This document shows, piece by piece, positions 30,521 through 41,524 of a stretch of DNA of 64,000 nt. The notes beneath the pieces were generated by a model, which saw only the letters and a list, made by a program, of their open reading frames with translations, had not been told where the DNA came from and searched no databases. The stretch lies in the NCBI GenBank assembly GCA_950097015.1, contig CATNEN010000029.1, forward strand, positions 2,108,001 through 2,172,000, read 5' to 3'. Position 1 is the first letter of the stretch; every line of letters begins with the position of its first letter. Source of the stretch: Macrostomum hystrix (Eukaryota > Animalia > Platyhelminthes). The position numbers and the translations under genes are program-made.

Positions 30521-31004
30521 ACTAAGAAAGGAAAGGATTGAGAAGTCAAGCCTATAACAGTGATTTTACCCAATTTGTTTGAAATTCTATCTAAGTTTGA
30601 CTTACTTAAAAAAAATAAAGAAATGAATTTATTTCATTATGCAATTTGGCATCTCATATGTTTGCAATTATTATATTATACCTAAATTTGATTATGAAAT
30701 TTGAAAATTGAAATCCCTATGGCATACTGGTGATAAAAAATCCTAGCAGCCTTTTCTAGAAACGGCTTATTTAACAGACTCGCTCTTTATATTATTCTGC
30801 CTCCTAAAGAGGTTAGAGCTAATCTAAAAAATGCATGGATGCCCTGTCAAGTGCACAAACATGCAGGCTAACTTTGATCTGAGGTATACAATACTACAAG
30901 CACTAAGAAAACATTTGCATTATTAAGCATGTTCCATAGTCTGGATCCTGTAGCATTTGTTTTCAGCTGGCATGTATGGCGTGCATTGGTATATATTTTA
31001 AGGG

Positions 31005-32532
31005 TTGGCATACACTTTGGTGTGCAAGGCATGCAAGGCGTGCATGGCATACATGGCAATGGTATAGAGTGCAATTGTACATTGCTTTTAAAAAGGGATC
31101 AAATATGTGTTTTATGTATCTGTATGTACAATTACAAATATCAACCAATTATTTAATGGACTTTGCATGACTAAAACAAAATGTTCTGTTATCTCTAAAA
31201 ACATTTTTAAGTTTTGTAGATTAGACTATACATACTATAAATAAATTGTTCTGTTCGATATTTCTTTTTGTTAAATACAAAAAATGGAAGCCAGTTTGTC
31301 TTTTTAAAGCAAAAAATGTGTTACATCTTTTTTATACAAATTATATGATATACCACATTGGTATGCACTAGCGTGCAATTTGAAAAAATTCTGCATCCTT
31401 GGCATGCATACAACTTTTTCACAATTTTTCTTCTGGCATGCAGCCAACATGATCCAGACTATAGAGCATGTTGTCTACAAAAGTTTGCATGCTGCACTGG
31501 GAAGTTGGAAACAGTCCATTTTGGCAACATACCATTTCGGCGACAACCATTTCAGCACCAAGTCATTTCAGCGACAACCATTTCGGCGACAATACTTTTG
31601 AAGCCGTGGAACAAATTTATTTTATTTATATATTTTTTACTTTTATTTAAATCGAATAAAAGAAGCCACAAATCTGCAGAAGCGTGGAACAAATCGGCAA
31701 CAAATGCACTGTGATCTTGATTTAGATCTATAAGTTCGATTAAAAGTAAAAGACCTTACTGTCCCACAGGGGCATTCATGCGGCTGCAAGCAAGTCAGCA
31801 AATATTTGCTGTCAACAATATTTTGGTGACGGCAAACAATGCTACTTATAAGTAAGACAGGTGAGGTTGACGCACATAGAGCGTGGACCAAACTGATCCA
31901 TACTCGCTATTTATATTACATGTTAAAACAAATAGGCCTACTATAACAGGAATACATTAACAAGTAGAAGAATCAAATACATTACATACTCAATAAGCAA
32001 ACACTATCAGATCCATTATTACTGCGGTTTCGATGTTTGTCGCCAAAGTGGTTGTTGCCGAAATGACTTGTCACCAAAATGGTTGTCGCCGAAATGACTT
32101 GTCGCCGAAATGGACTGGATTTGGGAAGTCTATTGGCATGCTTGTGCAGGAAAATCTATTGCAGTATTGACCCATAAGCACAATTATACATGATTATGTA
32201 GTTTTTTTAATTGTTTTTTTTCAAACTGTGTTGTGTGTTGTCTGCCTTAGCTTAGGTGCTTTGGTGTTTCAAGATGCACTTTGATGAAGCTAGGCCTATA
32301 TGCTTATATTAACCAGAAGCTCCTACATCTCATGGATGCATTTTCACATTGATTTGAAATTACATTTTGTTTTAGTCATGCAAAGTCCATTAAATAATTG
32401 GTTGATATTTGTAATTGTACATATGGATACATAAAACACATATTTGATCTCTTTTTAAATGCAATGTACAATTGCACTCTACACCATTGCCATGCATGCC
32501 ATGCACGCCTTGCACACCAAAGTGTATGCCAA
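31005..32532. mobile_element. Foldback-like element with ~175-bp inverted arms (31005-31184 / 32362-32532)
   Basis: The arms are near-identical reverse complements (ttggcatacactttggtgtgcaagg...ctaaaacaaaatgt). Confidence 0.75.
31512..32117. mobile_element. MITE-like element nested in the foldback, with TIRs made of 15-bp subrepeats
   Basis: Termini CAGTCCATTT / AAATGGACTG; inverted arrays of ccatttcggcgacaa. Confidence 0.72.
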
Positions 32533-33741
32533 ATCGCGTTTTATGCTCACAGACAATTGAAATAGAAACGAAAACAGCTCGGGTTCTAAAACGCTTTCAA
32601 GTGTGATGCAAACATTGCGCACTTTTCTGATGGTGAAGAGTGAAGACCAGATATACTTATACTCAGAATCAGATCGTAATCTAGATTAGATAAGGTCATT
32701 TGTTACTGAAGTGGACAGTTACCCGGCTACTAATATGCTCCTTTTATACAGGTCCTGTATATGGACAGACTGCTGAACTGTATTACAGGGTAGCTATAAT
32801 TGTAAAGCTACAGCTACAGGGTAGCTATAATATAACTTTTATGGGCCCTAGTGTTCGATTATTAATATGAATCAATGATTTTTATATTTATATTTGCTAT
32901 AGCTCCGGTGAATGTTTTGCGCTTATATGTAAACATGACAAAAATATAAGAATAAAGTAACTTAGATTATATTTGAGTAGACAAATATAATGAAAATATT
33001 AACATTTAACTGATTTTACCATTCAGGGCTTTTTTATTTTAAAGTTTTTGCTTTCTCTTTAAATAGATATAACAAAAGAAGCAAAGAAAACCCAATTAAA
33101 TTATTTAGCTTCATAAAAGTTTATGTCAGTTTGTACTTTTTTGTAATAAAGCATAATTCAACGCATTACACACAAGCATAAAATTTTCTATACTGACCTT
33201 CTTAACGCAAATCGTAACCACCCGCAATAAAAATAACGATGGTGTTAATACCTTGCTCTTACGAAAGCAATGAAAGCAAAATCTAACTAGACGAATTGCA
33301 GTCGGTTTTTTGACCTTACTTTTTACTCGTGAAAGTAGTAGCTAGAATAATTCCACACTTTTCATGATGCTGCTCAGAGACTGTCGTAACTTTGGGCGAA
33401 CTGAAGCGCCGCGTATTGTTACTCCCACATCGAAAGTGAAGTGATGCCCGTGCGGCATGATTGGAGAATGTGCTGCTGGACTGTTGGGATTCTTTGTGCT
33501 TTTGCTGATTTCTAACAAAGTGAATGACAGTGGAAGGCTGAGAAGTTGCAGATAGATAGAATTAAAGACGATCGACGGGTGTATATCTACCAGTTAGACC
33601 CAGGAGAGATTAGAGAAAGGCTAGGAGAGAGTGGAGCGAACGGAAGGAAGTGGGAGAAAGCGGGGAGTAATTTGGGGATAGCGGAGAAATGGGAACTAAA
33701 GAGAGCGGGAGAGACAGAGAAATCGGGCGAGAGGGGAATAG

Positions 33742-34050
33742 AGCGGATTAGGGTGGAATAGAGCGGATTAGGGTGGAATAGAGCGGATTAGGGCGGAATA
33801 GAGCGGATTAGGGCGGAATAGAGCGGATTAGGGCGGAATAGAGCGGATTAGGGTGGAATAGAGCGGATTAGGGCGGAATAGAGCGGATTAGGGTGGAATA
33901 GAGCGGATTAGGGCGGAATAGAGCGGATCATAGGGCGGAATAGAGCGGATTAGGGTGAAATAGAGCGGATTAGGGCGGAATAGAGCAGAATTTAGCTGGG
34001 TAGAGCAGAATTGAGCTGGGTAGAGCAGAATTGAGCTGGGTAGAGCGGAA
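33742..34050. repeat. 20-bp minisatellite (aatagagcggattaggg[c/t]gg)
   Basis: Period 20. Confidence 0.93.
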
Positions 34051-35781
34051 TAGGGCGGACAGAGGGGGTCATATTGTTAGTGGTTGCCAGCAGAAGGGAA
34101 AGTGCACAGTTAGTAACAAAGCCACGCCTACGACAGAGACAATGGTCAGTGATTTGGCCAATCTATTGCACTGAATGTGTCACTCGATCCTATCCCAATT
34201 TTTGACCCAGCTTCCTCCACCATCAGGCTGCAGCGGTCTATTCTATTGACAAATTCCAGACGTCCCTAACTGATCCGGCAACTATTTTATGGCTGAGCAT
34301 GCGTGAGTAGCTTTTTATATTTAGCCGGTGACTCACGAAGAAACCGTTTTGATGGATGAAAATACTCCCTTAGCTCGCCAGACTGCGGACCATATGCAAA
34401 TTTTTGGCTGAATTTGACACTTGCACCATTAATTCCTGCAAAAGGCGGCACTCCTCCTTTGATCTTACTTTGTCTGACTAATGAGAAATCCCAACTTTGT
34501 AATTTGTTATAAACGCATCGAAACACTTATTTCAAAGATTCAATAAAGTCCGTTCAGTAGTAATAGAGCTTATCTTGGTTGGATTAACAATCTACCGATA
34601 TGTTTGGAAAAACGAGTATTAACGGCGAAAATTTCAAGCAATCCGGGAGGCTATAATTTAGCGACTTGCAACTGCCGATAATGGCTTCTTGGGATCAGAA
34701 AGCTTGTAAATCATTCTCAATGTGAGTTAGATGAGGGGCTGAGTGATGTTAGTCAAATTTAAGCGATAGCCAATTGCGACTATAAATAAATGTCATACGA
34801 GGAGGCTATAAATAGTTCTAGAAGTGACGAAAGCAGAAAATAGAAGATATACAAACCTTTTTCCTTTTGAGCAGAACTTTTTGGACCAAGAATGAAATTC
34901 CATCTATCTATCTATGTATCTATCTATCTATCTATCTATCTATCTGAAAATAGTAGGGTACTACAAATTTAAGGTGACACAAGTCAGAAGCACTCACACC
35001 TACAAGGATAAGGAGAAAGTGATATACATGAAGTGGCACACTATGAGTACAGGGTATGCCGGCAGCTCTGCCTAACAGCTTTCAAAAGGCTAGAGTCTGC
35101 TCGGTTGCCATGGATACCCAATGAGAAGCCTATTGTTTCTGCATTAATTGCGCGAGAATATTAAATGACCCGGGGGTGGGGCTATAGATAGATAGACTAA
35201 TTTCTAACGGAATTAGTACTCATCTTCTATATTATATTATTGACAAACTGGGGAGAAACTTCCGTGTTGGCGAAGACTGTATAAGCGACATTTCAAATCA
35301 AGGTAATTTACCTGGATTAGTTAAGTCTGAAAGCTGACCAGGCTATCATTGTTAAATATCTTTGTCTGCCAGAATGGATACCAATGCCTTGTGGCTCAGT
35401 GACAAACACAATTGCAAATAATTGGCTTTGGCAATTTGGCACAGGAATCTTCGCCGAGACTGCTGGTCAGTTGATTGCCGGTAATTTTTTAGTTGCCGGC
35501 AATTCTAAAATTAGTTCTCCCTAGTTACTGGGCGAGAGTGGGCGTATTTTGGGATATTTTTAGATTCCCAAGATGAGCAGCCCGCAGCCACCACCCCGCG
35601 TTGCCGCTGATAAAAAAGAAGTTTTTTTCTTGAAGCACTCGGGCTGTCTACTTTCTCTCGACCAAGCGAGTTGCGAAGGGGGCATTAGAGAGAGAGAGAC
35701 TGGCAACATCGTAGCCAGACCTGTCAGATCGAATGATAGTTTCCAACGGGCCTAGGTTGTGTCCGCCGCGCTTTCAGCACT

Positions 35782-35814
<33 letters not shown>

Positions 35815-37203
35815 GGACGGCGGCTGTGGCGGCTAATTTTAGGTTCTCAGCCTCGGATCAGCCAAATCAGTCAGGCCTGTCCCCTGACCCAGCTCAGCAA
35901 ACTGAGCAGACCCTCTTTTCTCATCTTATTAATTCCTAGTGGCCCAAATTCTCCTCCACCCGGCCTTCTCAGTGTGTCTCTTCTTTTCCGCCTAGGAGGA
36001 ATTCTTCAACAAAAAAATCCCGACAGTCTCGACATTGTGACGGGTTCCCCACCTCTACGCTCGGATGCCAAGTCGAGTTTGGTCACACGACTCAAAAGTA
36101 GGGATGGCTTGGAACGAGTCTGGAATGGCTTTGTCGACTGGCAGAAGAAATCCTACAGCAAGTTGAAAGGGAAAATAAGGGGGGCTGAAGCCTTGTAGTG
36201 CTCAGTCAGCCGCAGTCATCCCACTCCATTTGTCTACGGATAATTTCTTCCGCATACTGAAGTACGTGGGAGAGGATAATGACGGGTCGGATTAGCACTT
36301 AATGACGGTGTATTTTTAGCCTCAGCCGTCGGGACGGTGGGGGTGGGAGGAGGGAAGAGCGAGTTGTTGATTTGGAAAATATATCGCCGAAAAAAAACAT
36401 TCGCTCTAATAGTATCAGCCAATAAGTGATCAAGTCTGCTTTTTTATGTCGCCTCAATCGCTAGCCAGAGACAGAAGAACACTGAATTGGAGTCCAGCTG
36501 CTCAGAAATGGCTTGAGCCCTTCTCGTTGCGCGTGGGCGTTTCTGGGATCTGCTTGGGTCAATAGTGCATGGAGGAGAGGGGGCGGGGAGAGTAAGAATG
36601 GGTGCTTCTACTCGGGGGTTGACATCGGTGTGGAGGTTGGGATTGCGCCGAGAGGGAAATGAATTTTGGGACAATTTTTTTTAGTGAGCACATATTTGCG
36701 CAAAACAAATTTCGACCCTAAAATAAGACTAAGTTGATGGCTATTCTTAGCTAACCCAGGCCAGTCATTTCAGTGGAGCTCCATAGCGACAGGCCAAAGG
36801 TGACGAACATCACCAGATCGCCTCAATCTGACTCCCAGCCTATTCCCTTCCCTCCCCCTCAATGCCCTCCTGACTTCGCAGGTGTCGAGTGGACTCAGGT
36901 ACTCCACAATGATTTACTACATTTGATTTAACTGTGAATTCGTGTTGCTGTTTCGTTGCATCTGAAAAAATACCCCTCGCCTGTTCAGAGCAATCTACGG
37001 TCGAAGCCTGATTGTCATCAATTCAAATCATGGTTTTTGCAATGGTTAATATCCAGCTTATGTTTAACAGTAGATTGGGATGAATGGCTTTCAAAGCCAT
37101 CCGAGCCTGGCATTGTTGAGATATTCTACGATTCTTGTCTTAGAGCCTAGCTGGAGACAAGGACAACTCTATGGCAAATCCATATTGCTTCAATGATATC
37201 ATT

Positions 37204-37475
37204 TATAATAGTTGATTACACCTGCCCCAATTGGGCCAGATGTGCAGCCGACAGCACAGCCGCAGCAATTGCACGGCGCATCTGAAGGCTGCATACGGCT
37301 GTTCAGTCCATGGACTGGGGAGACGCCACACCCTCAATTGCCAGAGCTGATTCTGGTACCCATTTAACATCTGGGTGAACTGAAGCAATGAAGAGTTAAG
37401 TATCATGCTAAAGGACGCAATTGTTCCAGTGGAGTCGGGAATCGAACCCCCGACCTTCAAATCATGAGTCCGATG
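37204..37475 (-). mobile_element. tRNA-derived SINE family B with CORE-like domain
   Basis: B-box GGTTCGATTCC followed by tcctttagcatgatacttaactc..ttgcttcagttcacccagatgttaaatgggtacc, which resembles the CORE/MIR domain by eye. Confidence 0.75.
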
Positions 37476-37944
37476 AGATCATGATGAGATAAAAGATCCT
37501 GATGTACTCCTCATTGGGTCCGCGGGTTATATTAATATCAATATCGGTTGAACCATTTCTGATTAAACAGGCTTATTTTCGGAATTTATAGAGCAAAGCA
37601 TGTTGTCATATTGGCAAGCTATATTTAGTAGTTCTACAACTGCTGGGCTAGAACAATGTCAAATATCAGCAGATATACATTTCTCATTTCTTGTCGTAAT
37701 TGAGAAGTGGGTGGGATCGAATTTCTTAAAATCTAATATCTTTAGCTTTCCATATTCGTCACCGAATTAAACCCCGGGCCAACAGCTTCGATTCGAGTCA
37801 GTCGAATGACTAAAATCTGAGTCATCCTTGCACCCTTCTAGGCCTGAGCAGTGTCAATGCATTCTAGCTAAATGCTAAAGCTGACGATTTTTGGCCATTA
37901 TTGCGGCTCTAAATAACAATTCCACTTCAGGAGTTCAACCCAGT

Positions 37945-38880
37945 GTTACTACGATTCCTAGGAAGATTCTAGCTACGATTCCTAGGAAGATTCTAGCTAC
38001 GATTCCTAGGAAGATTCTAGCTACCATTCCTAGGAAGATTCTAGCTACGATTCCTAGGAAGATTCTAGCTACGATTCCTAGAAAGATTCTAGCTACGATT
38101 CCTAGGAAGATTCTAGCTACGATTCCTAGGAAGATTCTAGCTACGATTCCTAGAAAGATTCTAGCTACGATTCCTAGAAGTATTCTAGCTACGATTCCTA
38201 GGAAGATTCTAGCTACGATTCCTAGGAAGATTCTAGCTACGATTCCTAGGAAGATTCTAGCTACGATTCCTAGAAGTATTCTAGCTACGATTCCTAGGAA
38301 GATTCTAGCTACGATTCCTAGGAAGATTCTAGCTACGATTCCAAGGAAGCTTCTAGCTACGATTCCGAGAAAGTATCCAGCTACGATTTCTACGAATATT
38401 CTTAGAAATTAATAATAATAAGAAAATTAAGAACATCTTTGAAGATTCTAGCTACGATTCATAAACAATTTTAGCTACAATTTCTAGAAAATTCTAGCTT
38501 CGATTCCAAAAGTTACAGTGGCGATTCATACTAATATTCTAGCTACGATTCTTAAGATATTCTTGCTACGACTCCTAGGAAGACTCTAGCTACGATTCTT
38601 GAGATATTCCTGCTACGACTCCTAAGAAGATTCTAGCTACCATTCCTAGGAAGATTCCAGCTACCATTCCTAGGAAGATTCCAGCTACCATTCCTAGGAA
38701 GATTCCAGCTACCATTCCTAGGAAGATTCTAGATACGATTCCTAGTAAGATTCTAGCTACGATTTCTAGGAAGCTTCTAGCTACGATTCCTAGGAAGATT
38801 CTAGCTACGATTCTTAGGAAGCTTCTAGCTACGATTCCTAGGAAGATTCTAGCTACGATTCCTAGGAAGATTCCTATTTC
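37945..38880. repeat. 24-bp minisatellite (ctacgattcctaggaagattctag), two blocks with a degenerate middle
   Basis: Period 24; contains palindrome TTCCTAGGAA. Confidence 0.93.
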
Positions 38881-39703
38881 GATTCCTGAAGAAATCTCGT
38901 TTCTGTCTTGGCGAAAAGCGCAATTTTCCAGCACCAATAACAATAAAGATAATGATACGGACGTCATTATCTTGCAGTTGCGGGGAATCATTCAATCACG
39001 CCAGCAGCGCGTGATCCTATGAAAGAAATCTGCGAAGCACTCCTTCTACGCTTATCAGATCTTCAAAGGTCATGCATGAGGCCCAAAAAATAACAATAAA
39101 TAATGGTACAGAAGCGTTGATTGTGGGTGTAATTGTACTTGTTACCCACTTTATCTTCCTTGTAGGATCTTACGGCCTTCGATCATAATTCTTAGGCGCT
39201 GCCAATGCTCTCGTAGCCGCATCAGCAGCAGCAGCAGCAGCAGCAGCAGCTGTAACATTCCTAAATTTCGATGGGAACATCGTGTTAAATCCGGAAGAAG
39301 TTTTTTGCGCACGATCAAGATTATTCCCAGCGGTTGATATCCCGCCATAAATCACCCCCCTCTTTTCCCATTGAATCCCAATAAGCGAACAATGCCAATT
39401 GTCGATGGGAAAAGCATTGCACTTGAATTAGTTAGCTTCGATTTGTACTTTTTTAATACGATCATTCAGTTCTTCAGTTCTTGATGCGAATAATTGTTGT
39501 ATTGACAATACAAAACGAATCTTAAACCACTGTAAAGTCACTTTCTTGAAGGTTATTGACAGATTTCTATTTTTGCGGGATTTAAGAAACCACTTTCCCG
39601 GATATATTCCGGGCTAAAACAGTTTTAACAAAGTACATAGCATACACTTCAAGTAAAGACTTCCTTTGTAGACTTAATGCCAGTGCAATAAATTTACCCC
39701 CAA

Positions 39704-40930
39704 TTAATTGTTGATGGTTGCATTACAGTCCTTGAAGTTGAAATTGGTCACCTGGCCTCGGCCCGTACGCTGAACGACAGTCTCTAGATTTTTTCCATCC
39801 AAAATTGGACTGCATTTTTCGATTTGGACATCAGACGTTCGTTTGTAGCATCGCAGTGCAGTTAGACTTCGATGTCCTGTTCTCTCCATGATGAGCTGTT
39901 CATCCACGTTTGCCTGGTACAAGCGGGTGGCACATTTTGCACGCAGGCTGTGATTAGTCACTCGTCCAATGATTCCTGCCTCGGTGCACATTTCGTTCAT
40001 GAATCCGCATAGCTTGTTTTTGCCAATAAGCCTATTCGCAAACCACTTAACACCGGGCTTGGCCAACGGTTGCAAATAGAAACGGGTCGCTCCTGCTGGA
40101 CGCTTGGGTAAAAACTCTTCAAATAGTCTCACATGGCCCCTAGTTGAATTGGTAGACTCAATGTGGACAACCACCTTTGGTTTAATTCTTGTGTGACTGG
40201 CCAACCCACCAGCGTTGGTCCTTGAAACGGTATACCAAGCAACGTTTCTCGTCTCTAATCTCAATTGACAGTTGGCCGATTGTCATAGCGCTGTGCTCCT
40301 CCCCTCCTCTAAGGGCAAAATGTAACCCATTTAGATAGAAACGTGTCCTGAGTAACTTCTTCGGAGTATCATTGCCCAGCACATTGGTCCACAGCTTCTC
40401 TTCGTCGGTGTCAGTGATCACACGCGCACTCTTACTCGCCAGACCTCTTCCCTCCCTAGCACCAATTTTCATAGCAGCGTCAAGACTCTCCCTGACAAGA
40501 CGAAACTGCTCACCTCGGAAAAAGTCGACGTGTCGAACGGAACAGATCGTTTGTTGCAACCCGCAGACAAGAGACACTTGCATTCCCGGCGGGTATTTAG
40601 AGCCATCTAGACGCACAGCTCCATGGATGAACTGTGGAACCAACTGGTTGATGGAGACGTCGTCCAACTCATCAACAGACACGGTGCATGGAATCCTAGC
40701 AGTGTGAAGCCAACGAGTGAAAACAGCCAACTTGATGGTGTTTACAGCCTTTGTACTCTCATTAAGAGCTTTCACTGCATCTAGGGCCTCGCATTCACGA
40801 ACAGCTCTCACTGCAGCTTGAACAGAGTATGGATCACGAAAATCTAAACCTTCAATCAGAATCTCTTCCAAGTCGCGCTCGGGGATACAATTTGGGTCAT
40901 AATCGCCGCAGAAATCTTCCAGGATTTATT
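39704..40930 (-). mobile_element. Crypton-type DNA transposon tyrosine recombinase (DUF3504/ZMYM-related), disrupted by a frameshift near 40229
   Basis: Two overlapping ORFs carry FALRGGEEH, SRTNAGGL, TNHSLRAKCATRLY and IMERTGHRS...CYKR, matching the R..K..HxxR..H..Y catalytic layout. The 5' region is also interrupted. Confidence 0.88.
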
Positions 40931-41524
40931 AAGACTCGCTCTTCCATTTGTTCTTCCTCAATGGACGTAATTTTTCTTTCGCTTCTTCGCTCAAGTTTCT
41001 ATTTTATAACATACATGTACTTTTACCATAGACATCGCTAGACGTGGCTCCGGGATTTATATGCATGCATCGCGCAAAATTAAAGTAGTTTAAATATGTT
41101 ATTCTATGGGTTTTTCGGTCGGTATTTCACTTAAATTTAAACTTTCACTTCATTTAAATACATACCGACCTCAAAACCATAGAATATCGTATACAAAACT
41201 AGCTTAAGATTTGCATAACCTACCCGAGTTTAGTGGCCTAATTCAAAACCAGCAAAAAATAGAAAACTAAATAATGAAATTGAACAAGCAGGCCATTGCT
41301 TTAAAAACCAGTCAAGCGTTTTTTGTGCGCTATAGAGAATCGTTTCAAACAATAAAACAGATTCCATTGTGTTGGCAGCTGAACTGTTCTACAGAACACA
41401 ATCAGGGAACAACAGACAAGGCTGCTAGGAAAATAGGCCGAACTCTTCAGCCAGGGCAGTGACAAAATTTGTTGTTAAAAAATGACTGGAACTGGTATGA
41501 CTCTGGTCTGGTAAAAATGATACA

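Noticed and set aside
33742-33980. Interstitial telomere (TTAGGG in each unit)
   Set aside because: There is a single hexamer per 20-bp unit, not tandem telomeric repeats.
34287-34526. 79-aa minus-strand ORF
   Set aside because: No recognisable domain or splice support; left unannotated.
35573-36674. Short ORFs and a CAG run suggesting an exon or retroelement remnant
   Set aside because: No recognisable motif or consistent splice chain; BLASTX would be needed.
37891-38991. ATIPRKIL-repeat ORF and its antisense counterpart
   Set aside because: A 24-bp unit without stops; no ATG context or splice support.
39151-39355. Poly-Ala/poly-Leu short ORFs next to the Crypton
   Set aside because: Driven by a CAG/CTG microsatellite; no homology evident.
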